Below, piece after piece: positions 1 to 12,100 of a stretch of DNA of 64,000 bases (position 1 is the stretch's first letter; every line of letters starts with the position of its first letter). The position numbers were made by a program, and so were the translations under genes. The notes under the pieces are model-generated. The model was not told where the DNA came from and did not search any database. It saw only the letters and a list, made by a program, of their open reading frames with translations. Source of the DNA: Squalus acanthias (Eukaryota); assembly GCA_030390025.1 (NCBI GenBank), contig CM059434.1:104780001-104844000 (forward strand), read 5' to 3'.

Positions 1-1500
1 TTACCAAAGAAGATCTGCTGTTCAGTTACCTGGACCTGTTATTTAGATCTCAAGGTACGAATAGACATTCTTGAAGAGATATGTGAGAAAGCTGAAATAA
101 TCTTGGGTTAAAAAAGGTTTAAAAAGACCCCAAAACATAACACTGGTAATTGAGTTGCTGAATTTTTGCTTAAATAAGTTGTCCTGCCAACCAGCCAAAG
201 GAAAGTAAATTTTCCAAATCCAGACAATGTAAGATGCTGGAGCCAGCATGCCTACTGATTTTCCTGTAAACTGACTGCCGTAGAGTTCTTTTTCACAATA
301 TCACCCCAACCACCGCTGCTCGAATGTACAGCTAGAAAAACTGGTAATTACATTCCCCAGAAACAAATCAGTACACAGTTAACACGTGTGTTTTCGCCCT
401 ATTCTGGTACAGAAAAATGTTCACATCGTGTGTAGATTGCCAATAAATTCTGGACGTTCCAAAGCAAATGGGCAATAGGTAAAATATTAATAAGGGTAAT
501 GAATTTTCTTTATGAACGTGCTACTTGCTCTGTCTTAGCTTTTTATAGTTCCTGGAAGGATAAGCAGTGAGTGAATTATATGACAATAAAGGAATGAATT
601 ATAATCAAATTAATAATAACAGCATGACTGGTTGTAGCATTTGTGCTCCACAGAGGGCTCTGACCCTAGAATGGAGTTTATCGATAGGCACCATGGCACA
701 AGCTAATTTCAAAGCTAAGGACTTTTGTTGACAGGGGGTTTAGTAATAAGATCAGTTATAGACCAGTTCAGGATGACTAAGGTTTTGCAAGGCTGTTTTG
801 TGCATGTTTTGTGTCCGCTGGGAATCAACTACACTGCACAGAATCTAATATGTATGAGATAATGTGAAATAGTCCTTCAGTAGAATGATATTAAGTTAGT
901 TATGACACACTATATTAAAGCATGGTAAAAATTAAAATGTCATATCTTTAAAGAAGCAGAATAATCTTTCTCGTCTTCTGTAGATTAGCTTTAAAACCTC
1001 AGGACTGTTATACTGCTGTGAGTGATACAGAGCTATCGTACCGGAGTTATACTACAAACTCCGTGTCATTCTTGGTCCTGGGACTCAGAGCTTCATTTAA
1101 TGGTAAATGAATGTTGGTTAAATGTTAATGTTAATAAAGAGCCAACAGAACAGTCAGTTGAACCATCTGAGAGCTTTTTAAACTCCTTTTCGTACTGATT
1201 GCAGTTGTATTGTGGCTGGTGTGAAGCTGTAGTTATGTCAGATTACCTTCTCCTAAAATGCAATGTAATGTTAGTTTGGCGACTTCTACTCCAGATCTTG
1301 AGCCAAATCCTCAATGCATTGATACAATATTTATGATATAATAATCCTATCAAATGCTAAAGTTCAGATTATTTAACAATAAATAGAAAGGTTAGTGAAT
1401 GGTAACAGTAATATTTTATCTTAAATGCTTATGCTTGCTTGGCATTAGTTTCAAGGATGCTTAACTCTCAAAATGATCTTATACATATAATGTATAATTA

Positions 1501-2040
1501 TCTGAGGAAGGATGTTCTTGCCATGGAAGGAGTTCAGTGAAGATTCACAAGGCTGATACCTGGGATGGCAGGAATGACATATGAGGAGAGATTGGGTCGA
1601 TTGGGCTTATACTCGCTGGAGTATAGAAGAATGAGAGGGGATCTCATCGAAACATATAAAATTCTGACAGGTCTGGACAAACTAGATGCAGGAAGAATGT
1701 TCCCAATGGTCGGAGAGTCCAGAACCAGGGGTCATAATCTAAGGATAAGGGGTAAGCCATTTAGGACAGAAATGAGGAAGACTTTCTTCACCCAGAGAGT
1801 GGTGAACCTGTGGAATTCTCTACCACAGAAGGTAGTTGAGGCCAAGTCATTAAATATATTGAAGAATGAGTTAGATATATTTCTTAAAGATAAAGGTATC
1901 AAGGGATATGGGGAGAAGGCAGGTACAGGGTACTGAGTTTGGATGATCAGCCATGATCTCATCGAATAGCGGAGCAGGCTCGAGGGGCCGAATGGCCTAC
2001 TCCTGCTCCTATCTTCTATGTTTCTATGTTTTTCTATGTA
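1501..2040 (+). mobile_element. CR1 LINE, 5'-truncated 3' fragment
   Basis: ORF 1565-1936 matches the CR1 ORF2 C-terminus (YEERL..LGLYSLE.RR.RGDLIE.YKI, FFTQRVVNLWNSLP); 3' UTR ends in (CTATGTTT)-type repeats. Confidence 0.95.
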
Positions 2041-2399
2041 AAATACCCTACATTTTAAATCAAAAAATTATAAAAAGTAATAGCCAATTTCATTATAGCT
2101 GGTATAAACTCCCCTAGTATATAGGAGCAATTTATATGCTAGCGTCATTCTATGACAGTGTGCTTTATATAACATGTTTAACAACAAGATTAGTTCTGAT
2201 AATGGCTGAGATGGGGAAGGTATTTTCCAGTGTTGCACTAAGCCATAGAGATCAGAAGTTCCCAGTTTCAATTCCTGGTCTGTGCTGAGTTAGCTAATCT
2301 TGAGCAGAATGACTTGCAACCAGGGATGGGCAATAAATACTGGCCTTGCCAGCGATGCTCACATCCTGAGAATTAATAAAGAAGCAAACTAAATTTAGT

Positions 2400-2930
2400 A
2401 TGGCTTGTTCCCTTGTCAGCTCTAAAATATATTGTTCTAGAAAACTGACCGGAATACATTGTAGAAATTCATTGCTTTTCCTACTTGTTCTGCCTCTCCC
2501 AGTCTACGTGAAAATTAAAATCTCCCATTATAGCCACATTATTTTTGCCACATGATTCCCTGATCTTAGTATTTATACATCTTCCCACTACATCACTACT
2601 ATCAGGAGGTCTGTAAACAACTCTTACCAAAAGTATTGCACCCTTTGCTGTTTCTTAACTCTGCCCATAGGGTTTCCACTGCCTGATCGCCCTTACTGAA
2701 ATCATTCCTTTCTACTGCTGCAATTGTGGCGTTTATCAATATTGCTACTTCCACTCCTTTCCAAATTTCCCTGTCCTTTCTAAAGATCCTATAGCCTTTA
2801 ATATTTAGCTCCCAACGATAGCCAGGTCTCTGTAATGGATACTGCATTATACCCTTTAAGCTGAATTTGTGCTTCTAACTCACTTGTTCTATTTCTTATG
2901 CTATGTGCATCTGTGTACAGAAGTCTTATT
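2400..2930 (-). mobile_element. Old CR1 LINE fragment (endonuclease region)
   Basis: Minus-strand peptides LYTDAHSIRN, SITETWL and LNIKGYRIFRKDR resemble the CR1 AP-endonuclease domain; frameshifted. Confidence 0.8.
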
Positions 2931-3584
2931 TGAGTAATGGTCCCCACCCTGCCCATATGTTCTGCTGGTCTTTTGCTCACACTTTTTGACTTACTGTGTG
3001 GATTTTTCGCTCTCATTTCTCCAAGGGTATTGTGAGGGAAATGTAGGGGAGCCCAAAACTCTGTTTAATTTGTACACATGCAGCTTGTAGATACCAGACA
3101 ATTATAATGTTAATAAGTGCCATTAAATTCCGGTCATTAGAGCAAGCTTTCCCTGTGATTCTATTTTTTCTCTGCATTGGGTAATAATACCCATAATAGC
3201 AAAGATGATCTGAATTATTTCCAAAAAGACCCACAAATTGCAGAAACTACTGCATCAACCTTTAGACAATCATCAGCTTCAGGGAATTCGGTGGTTCTTG
3301 GTCCAGCCATTCTTTGAGATTTCAGCTCCCGCACTCAGAGGCTGAAAAGAAAATAACCCAATTCTACAGCAACAATTCCACTGGAAAGTCAGGAGTATCC
3401 TTATTATTGTAATATTAATCCATACATTGTCTCCGTGAGCCACGTTTAACTCACACACACACTGGGGGTAATTTTGACTTTGGCCGATAGTGTAAAAGGG
3501 GCGATATCGATTCAGCCGCCCGTTACACATCTCTACCGATTGTCATTTCCATTGACTTCAACTGAAGTAGACAAGTAGACAATA

Positions 3585-3905
3585 AAGACCTCATGGCGTT
3601 ATTTAAAGAGAGGCGGGGAGTTTTGGCCAACAAGATACTGAAATGGCAAGGCAACTCCAAAGGCAGGCTCATGCCTGACTCCCTCTTCATTTACACCAAC
3701 TGGTTGAAAAAAAATATTTCAAGTGCTTCTTTGTTGCTAATGGTTGACAATTACATTGGCCAACCAAAAGCAAGTCGATCATCTCATTGCAGTTGGTAGG
3801 ATCTTGCTGTGTGCAAAATACCTGCCATGCTTACCATTTCAGGAAGTGCTTTGAGACATCTCTGAGTGATGTATAAAGTACTATATGAATACAAGCCTCT
3901 CTTCT
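3585..3905 (+). mobile_element. Degenerate Deu-domain (SacSINE1-like) SINE fragment interrupted by a local duplication
   Basis: Similar to the 3' half of the SINE at 7505-7962 (atctcattgc..cttgctgtg..ctatat.aat.caag). Confidence 0.6.
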
Positions 3906-5304
3906 ACAATCTTTTACTGTACAACGCATAGAAAACGTATTTAGATTTCTGCCTGCTGTCTATATAGTAGAAACAATATAAAAATGGCTTTGTCCCTTTT
4001 GCTTGATTGGGGATACCAGAACTGCTTTATTAAAATAGTTTAAATAGGAATTTTAATGAAGCAGAATAAAAATTAGCCTCTTATTTCAGCGGACTCCAGA
4101 AACAAGATACTGAAATGGCAAGGCAACTCCAAAGGCAGCTCATATTTCAAATGCTTCTTTGTTGCTAATGGTTGACAATTACATTTCCCTATCCCAGTAA
4201 GTAGAGTGCACCAGATTTCATTAATCAAGGGTATATTCTAAGTTCTGTGCAAGTCTTTCTGTCTGGGGTAAGTTAGCCTCAAAGTGTTTCCTATAGCCTG
4301 CTTGAGTAAGGCAATTCAGCTGAGCGAGACATGACCGGCATTCCATGTTCTCTGCTTAATTATCTGTGCAAATCACTTCAGACAAAAAAAATGCTGATTT
4401 TAAATTCAGCCAGAAAGAGTAATCAAAGCAAAATAGATCATGTACGGCCAAGTGGCAAATGTAATCCGTAACCTGAAGTGGTCCAAATGAGCCCTTCTGG
4501 AATCGTTTGTAAAGATCTGAATTTTGTTAAAGTCAAGTTCAGTGCCATCTGTCCTTTATTCTGTTAAATGGCAACACACATGTGCCAAAGGACAAAATGT
4601 TCCTCTGCACCCTGGCAACACCATTTTTAGTTGCATAAAAATGATGCATATTACTGAAAGTGCAGAATGAACAGAAATAAAAGTCAAATAATAAATAGCA
4701 AATTAAAAATGAGATAGTATTCCTCTTTCATAGATTTTTTTGCTGGCATGCCTTCATTATTTCAATGTTCTGAAAAGTCAGTTCCACGTTTGATACTGTA
4801 ATTACACAAGGAAGCTACACTCAAAAGGGAGTGTGAATCAGGGATAAGGTTACACTTTTGAGAGAAGGGCTGTTTGAGATCATGGGCTTGGAGATAAGAG
4901 GGTGAAGTCTGAAGCCTCCCCCAAGCGCATATCTAGTATCATTTTGATTTTCATTGCTTATCTTCTTACTTTATCTCTCTTTCAATCTCTCTCACACACA
5001 GGCCCACATTGCAATGTTACAGTCTAACACACTGCAAACTTTTGCCATGTGCAACTATGTTTCTAGGGGTGTGTTATTACATGCATTATAAAGTCTGTTC
5101 TTCTACTCCTGCAGGTGCCCAAGAGCAAGAGGCAACCGCGCCTATTGTTCAGCCTCAACCTAGCATCTCACAGCAACTTGCCATCTCACAGCAACTTGCC
5201 TCACCCACGCTTGCAGAGGCAAGCATCATCACAAATACAACAACTTACATTTATATAGTGCCGTTAATGTAGAAAACCGGAGTGTAATTGCTGATTGGAG
5301 GTGT

Positions 5305-5640
5305 TTTCTTATTGGAAATGGTCATTGTCTGTCACTTATGTGGCACAAATGTTACTTGCCACTTAGCAGCCCAAGCCTGGATGTTGTCCTGGTCTCGCTG
5401 CATATGGGCATGGACCACTTCATTATCTGGGGGGATTGTGAATTGAACCGAACACTGCAATCATCAGTAAACATCCCCACCTCTGACCTAACGAAAGCCA
5501 TTAATGAAGCAGCTGGAGATAGATGGGCCTAGGACACTGGCCTGAGAAAGTTCTGCAGCGATTTCCTGGGCTGAGATGATTGGCCTCCAACAACCACAAC
5601 CATTTTCCATTGTGCCACGTATGACTCCAACCACTGGAGC
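5305..5640 (-). mobile_element. CR1/L2-superfamily LINE RT fragment
   Basis: Colinear similarity to 45485-45770 (gttacttgccactt..cccagcctggatgttgtcc..aacatccccac..gggcctaggacactg). Confidence 0.8.
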
Positions 5641-5720
5641 TCCTCCTCTTGACTTATATTTAGGTTCCCTTGTACCACTGGTATTTTGTCCTCTTCCTCC
5701 ACTGTGAAAACAGATACAAA

Positions 5721-6805
5721 GGGGGGAATTTTCACTGGAAAAAACGGGTGGGTTGGAGGCAGGGGGAAGTAAAAGTTGTAAAAATCTAAAGCCCGACCCA
5801 GCTGGCCCACTTTCACCTTTTACTCAGGCGGGATGGGGGGCGGACAGCCAACCCGCTGCCAAGAGGCAGGTTTAACTGCAGGCGGCCGGGGATCCCGGGG
5901 CTCGGGATTTCTGGCAGCTGCAACGAGCAAAGAACAGCCTGGGGGGGGGCAATCCTTGTGGGCCAGGAGGAGCAGGAGTGCTTCCTCCCAGCCCCCAAGC
6001 TCCCCCACCAGCAGCCCGCACCCCCTGGGGTCGGGGAATTGGACCCCCCCGGGATCGCAGCTCCCCCCCGGGGACAGGGATCGGACCCTCCCGGGGATTG
6101 GACACCCCCCCTGGGTCAAGAATTGACCCCTCCCGGGGATTGGACATCCCCCAGGTCAAGAATTGACCCCTCCCGGGGATTGGACATCCCCCAGGTCAAG
6201 AATTGACCCCTCCTGGGGATTGGACACCCCCTGGGTCAAGAATTGACCCCTCCCGGGGATTGGACATCCCCCCAGGTCAAGAATTGACCCCACTGGGGAT
6301 TGGACATCCTCCAGGTCAAGAATTGACCCCTCCCGGGGATTGGACATCCCCCAGGTCAGGAATTGACCCCTCCCGGGGATCGCGACTCAGCACCCCGGGT
6401 CAAGAATCGACCCCTCCTGGGGATTGGACCCCCCCCCCGGGGTTGGGGATCAGACCCCTCCCGGGGATCAATCTCACCCCCACCCCGGGTTGCCCCCCCC
6501 ACCTAAGCTATCCTCCCCCCCGGGCCTGGAACCCAACCGGCCCCCTCCCCCCACCCCACCCCCCGCCCCACCTCACCTGGACCCAGCACTTACCTGTTGC
6601 TGCAGTGTCCAACCTGCGTTCCCCACCCAATTAGAAGCCAGCCCGTCAATCAAGCTGACTTCCGGGCAGGGAACCCACTCATTGCGTCACGCGCACGCTG
6701 TGAGGTTAAAACTCCACAGTGTGCCGGGAAACCCAAAACTCCAGGATCCCGCCGTCTACCGGGTCCCCCCGCACCGTGTGGGTGGGAAACGGGAAAATTC
6801 CAGCC
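5721..6805. mobile_element. Harbinger-type MITE containing a minisatellite
   Basis: Imperfect TIRs GGGGGGAATTTTC / GAAAATTCCAGCC, AAA on both flanks, GC-rich non-coding interior, inserted in a CR1 remnant. Confidence 0.75.
6036..6470. repeat. 40-bp GC-rich minisatellite, about 10 copies
   Basis: Unit AATTGACCCCTCCCGGGGATTGGACATCCCCCAGGTCAAG is repeated exactly at 6121-6160 and 6161-6200, with variant copies on either side. Confidence 0.95.
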
Positions 6806-7504
6806 AAAGTATTAATTTAACAAGTCTTCCATTTCCTTATTGCCGGCATCTGTCTTTAATGTGCTCACATCCCTCTTTACCACTCTCTTTTCCTTAAGCT
6901 GTTAGCTTTGATATCCCTTGCAAGTTGTTTTAAATATTCCCTATTTGCAACTCTGATGAATTTCTTTATAGCCCTTTGTAGTTTTTCATAGCTCTCCCAG
7001 TTCACTGGATTACAACTCCTTGCATTTGTGTGTAGCCTTTTCATTTAGTTTGATGCTGTCTCTTACCACATTTGTTGACCGTTGTTGCTTAACTACACAA
7101 GTAGAGCTTTTGCCTTTTAGGGGTCTGTATTGGTTTTGTATTGTAGCGAATATCTCTTTGAATACTTCCCAGTATTTGTAAGTTTACCCATTAACAGTTC
7201 AGCCCAGTTTACTGTAGTTAATTCATTTCTCATCCCTTCAAAGTTTGCCTTACTCAAATTTAAAATCTTGCTTTGTGATTCTCTTTTCTCCCTTTCAAAT
7301 CTAATATCAAATTCAATCATATTGTGGTCACTATTCCTAAGTTGTTCTCGTAACTACTTTGTAACTAATTCTGGTTCATTACTCATTGCTAAATCTAGTA
7401 TGGCCCATTCCCTTGATGGTTCTAAAACATATTGTTCTGGGACACTTTTCTGAACACATCTAGAAATTCATTACATTTACTTTTGCATGTTTGTGTGCAA
7501 GGTG

Positions 7505-7962
7505 TTAGCCTTGGCTCAGCAGTAGCACTCTCGCCTCTGGATCCGAAGGTTCAAGCCCCATGCCAGAGAGTTGAGCATGTAATCCAGGCTGACATCCCAG
7601 TGCAGTACTGAGGGAGTGCTGCACTATCAGAGGTGCTGTCTTTTGGATGAGATGTTAAACCGAGGCCCCGTCTGCCCTCTCAGGTGAACGTAAAATATTC
7701 CATTGCACTATTCAAAGAAGAGCGGGGAAGTTCTCCCCGATGTCCAGGCCAACGCTTAACCCTCAACCAAGATCACTAAAACAGATTATCTGGTCATTAT
7801 CTCATTGCTGTTTGTGCAACCTTGCTGTGCATAAATTGGGTGCTACGTATCCCTGCATTACAACAGTGACTGCACTTCAAAAGTACTTAATTGGCTATAA
7901 AGCACTTTGGGACATGCTGAGGTCATGAAAGGCGCTATATAAATGCAAGTCTTTCTTTCTTC
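7505..7962 (+). mobile_element. tRNA-derived Deu-domain SINE (SacSINE1-like), near full length
   Basis: A-box-like TGGCTCAG and B-box-like GGTTCAAGCC head, central gagatgttaaaccgaggccccgtctgcc core, L2-like tail ggcgctatataaatgcaagtctttcttt. Confidence 0.8.
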
Positions 7963-8524
7963 ATCAGGTGAGCACAACATCTTTGATGCCCCTATATGGT
8001 AAAATAAACTGCCAGTAATCAGTCAATAAAGGCACTTTAGCGAAGTACCAGAGAGCAATTGGCGCTTGTAGAACTGTATCCCAGCAAGAAGTCAAAGCCT
8101 TCAGGAAAGGGACTGGTGACAAATTGTGAGAAAAGAGGATCAAAATGTTTTGGGGCATGTGGTGGGAGAGGGGGAGTCTTGTGCTGAAATGGCTTGGGAT
8201 TCAAAATCTAAAATATTATGGCAAGGATCTTATGTGGAAAATCTAATCTCACTTAGATGCACTATTTGTACATGGGAAATATTTGATCAGGTGCTAACTC
8301 TCTCCAGCTTCTTATCAGAGTTTATTCTAAAGGTGAGTGACCCCAAAATATTTGTCCTGAAATTGTTAACACTGATCAAGATTTGCATATCCTGAAACAA
8401 TTGGAGTCAGTCACGAAAGGGGTCAGTTTATGGTTGATAGCATTTTAATACTTCCTTGGGTTGCTTCAGTGAATATGTATCTCAGAAAAGCCCATTAATA
8501 TTTGTTCCTTTTTGCACGCAGATT

Positions 8525-8930
8525 TCAGCTCGTCCAAAAACTCTGCTGCCAATATTCTATCCCAAGCCTCGATCCCCACCACCCCTGTGCTCGCTGACCT
8601 ACATTAGCTTCCTGTCCCCCACACCGCAACTTTAAATTCTCATCCTTTATGGCCTCACCTGTCTCAATCTCTGTAACCTCCTCCAGCCCTACAACTACCC
8701 CTCCTAAATTTTCCATTCCTCCAACTCTTGTGCATCCCTTCCCCCTCCATCCCACTATTGGCAGCCATGCTTCCAGCAGCCTAGATCCCACTCTCTGGAA
8801 TTCCTTCCTTGAACCTCCTGCCTCTGCACCTCCCTCTCCTCTTTTAGAACCCTCCTTAAAACCCACCTCTTTGGCCAAGCTTTTGGTCACCACTCCTAAT
8901 CTCTCCTATTTTGGCTCGGCATCTGTTTTC
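8525..8930 (+). mobile_element. L2 LINE 3' remnant
   Basis: cagctcgtccaaaaactctgctgcc..ctcgctgacctacatt..ctctggaattcc..ccttaaaacccacctcttt is typical of an L2 ORF2 end. Confidence 0.75.
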
Positions 8931-11709
8931 CTTGTGCTGTTTTTTAAACAATGAAAAATGATATCATTAGCCTGATCTTTCCTGGACATTGTCATTTTTG
9001 GAATCAGTACAGAAAGCTGCTGGGATATTCCTTCATTCTGTGGATATATTAACTCATCAACATATGTTTCTATTTGCTAATGTCCTATAAAGCTGTGGAA
9101 AAATAGACCATGCATCTGGAAAAGGATAAGGGCAGGAACGCCAATGATTTCTTCAGTTAAAAGGACCTTAGTCAAACCACAATGATGACATGTAGCTCCT
9201 TTAATACTACCTTGAACGCTCAAAAGGAAATCTTTTAAAGGTTATCTTTATATATTTACTTTCACCATAGGAGAGATTTTTGTGAACTTTGAAATCCCAC
9301 AAGTGTCTAGATACTTATATGTACTGTACCATCTTGAGCTGGGTGCACTTTGTGAGACATTAGTGTCCTTAGTTCATCGTGAAAACTTAAAACATTTTTA
9401 GGTTTTTCCCTTTGCTTCTTCATCCTTCCTGGTTTTTTTTACCTTCAAATAAGCCTAGCACAGATTGTTTTCTTAAGATAAAAGTGGGAAGTGGGCATTG
9501 ACTTGCATGATGCAATGTTGTTGGTCACTGACCAGCTGCACATTGATGGAGTAGAACCCCTTTCTTTTTACGTAGGTGACTGCATTGTGCCTAGAGGTCC
9601 AGATGGCCACATAGGTGCCAGCAATGACCCCCATATTTGCATGCTATTGGAGCTGATTTCACTCTGACACTCCTTGCAATCTTTCTTTGATCCTCCTCAT
9701 CCTCTTCCATTAAATAAAGTGAGAGTGATGCACTGAAATGAATCCCCATAGCTTACAAGGGTGTGGCAGCACAAAGAGATGTACACTAGAGCTTTAAAAT
9801 ATCAGGTGCTGAATATCTGTGGCCCTGTGGGTGAACTCTCACTTTAAGTTTAGCAGGAGTATGGCAGAAGGATTGGAAGTTAGGCTGGGACTCGCTCTTC
9901 CCCACGAGTTGTAGCGAGGCTTTGTTTGGGGCAAAGCACCAAACAAAGACACCCATGTCAGAAGTACATTGGCTAGGGTTGCGCCTCCCAGTCTAGAAGC
10001 TGGTAGGACCAGTGAAAGCAGATATACTGGCTTACAAGTCAAAGGAAATATGTTCCACTTGGGGATCCAGGCCTCGGACATAGGATAGACCCCCAAAAAA
10101 TTTTGACATTTTTAAAAGTATTTTTGGTTCCCTTTTAAAGATGGCCAGTGAGCCATTTTACACATTTTTTTGGGGGGGGGGCACCCTGGCAATCCTCCAT
10201 CCAGAGCAAGCACTCTCTACTGGGATTCCTGGCATCTCCTGATTGACAGATGCCCAAGATACGCCCCTAGAGGCACAGGTGCCCATGAGGAATATGTAAA
10301 GTAGGAAACCTCTCCCTGATCCTACATACTTCAGCAGGGACAATGGTCGAGGTTCCGGAGGAACATTGCGACACTTAACACCAAGATGTGGCTCCCAGAT
10401 AATTTTTGGGGCCCAGTTCTTAACATTCGAGAAGCTGGCTTGCCTTTAACACCCACTTGAATGGGTGAGAGGAGCGCACTGCACATACTGTGCGTGAAAA
10501 CAGGAAAGTTGCAGACTCTCTCATTAAGCAGTATTCATTTGCACTGGTAATAAAGGAATTGCGCATTCTTTGTAAGTGCAAGGTTTTCAAGCATTGTTTT
10601 TTAGCAAGCAGAAAGTGAGTGAATTCACAATTCGCTACTTTTCGGTCCCTGTATGCACAATTCCCGCCAGCATAAGCATTTGTGCTGACAGCCATTTACA
10701 GGATCTATGCCTTTCAACCTTGTTGATCTTCTACATTATCAGCCTTAGCCCTTCACTTAGATACCTCAATAAAAAAATTCAAGCCTTCACTGCAATCCCT
10801 TCATTGCAGTAAGAGTGGAAAATGCAGTTGAACAAAATACTTTGGAAGAGTCATTAAGGAAACCGTAGGTGCTTGAGACAGTCATTAAATCAGTCACAGA
10901 AATGGCATCAAAACTTGTAAAACCCCACAGATTAATAAATGCTTATTTATTTGGGACTGGCTTGGAGCTTTAGAAGATCTGTTGCAGATTAAAAATACCA
11001 GGCTGGATATTTAAAGCATGTCCAATTCTCTTGCCATTGGTACATTTTCTAGAATAATGATTTTGAATATTACAGCTTGAGGCATACTTAATAGTGCAAG
11101 AACTCTGTTTATGGTAGGAGTCTTAGCTGAACCACCTCACTTAATCCTGAAATCTGGCATATACTCAGTCACAGAAATTCACAATGATTCTGAAAACATT
11201 TACCCCATTTTTATTTCCTGTGGATGCACCTTTCCAAATATTTGAGACTTGCATTATCATTGCAGTAAAAGCTACTCAGAACAGAAGAATAATACAGATC
11301 AACATAATGGCGGTGAACAGCTCTACACTGTACCTTTAACTATAGGATCTGGACATCAGCAGTAGACTGCTTCTGTGTGGCATGATGTTTGCGCACATTG
11401 AAACTTCTTTGTTATCGCTATGTTACAATGTAAGTTAAATACAGCAATTGAGCATTGTTGCCCAAGTAGAAAAATCACCAATTAAACAAAAACAACCAAC
11501 AGACTAAAATAAGCCCAGTGAAGATTTTGCATCACTCTGGACCAGTAGAGGTCAAGCATGATATAAGTATATTACAGCCAATGAAATAACATAATGCAGT
11601 GGGGACATAGCAGAGCACTTTAGTGCTTAATGTCTGTGACAGAGTGACAAACTCCGTTACGTAGCACGAGAAGAGCTATGATGGGAATTTGATTTGTTTT
11701 GAAGGTTTT

Positions 11710-12100
11710 TATTTTCACATCAACCTGTGGAATACGTTGCCAGCTCATGCAGTGAGTACCGGTTCACTACAAGTCTTCAAAAGGGAGCTGGACAAGTTCT
11801 TCGCTCTGGCTAACTTCACAGCGAACAAAAGGTAGGTGGGGCGCTGGGCAATGTGTCTCATGGTCACTGGTCTCCTGGAACTTCTTGTACTCGCTTTCAG
11901 GGGCCAGAGAAGAATCCCTCAGATTTTCTTTTCCCTGAATTGGCCTAAGGTTTTTTTTGCTTCTCCCTGGAGACTGTATGAGGTGGGGCTGGGGAGGGGT
12001 GGGCGATGGTGATGATGATGCTCAGTTGCACGATGATGGTATGGAACAAGGTCTGTGGACCAGCTGGTCTTCACCTGTCTGCTATTTTTGTTCATATGTT
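11710..12100 (+). mobile_element. Old CR1-like 3' end with long 3' UTR
   Basis: Encodes NLWNTLPAHAVS..SLQVFKRELDKF; a related copy lies at 23690-24035. Confidence 0.6.

Larger units (their letters stand above)
5650..7480 (-). mobile_element. Old CR1 ORF2 fragment split by a MITE
   Basis: Minus peptide ILNLSKANFEGMRNELTTVNW; sequence reads through the insertion site (acagatacaaa / gtattaattt). Confidence 0.7.

Noticed and set aside
3-1102. Exon-like segments (3-54 ending AG|GTACGA; 984-1017 or 984-1102 after a strong acceptor)
   Set aside because: The peptides are not recognisable and no consistent multi-exon frame could be built.
3474-3560. Short element similar, inverted, to 12500-12560 around a ccattgacttcaa core
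   Set aside because: Probably halves of an old hairpin MITE family, but too degenerate to delimit.
6036-6470. Palindromic repeats resembling a CRISPR array; Pro/Gly-rich ORFs
   Set aside because: Units are head-to-tail with no unique spacers, no cas genes are present and the context is eukaryotic; the ORFs are by-products of the GC-rich repeat.
7505-7580. tRNA gene
   Set aside because: Only the degenerate A/B boxes of a SINE head; no cloverleaf.
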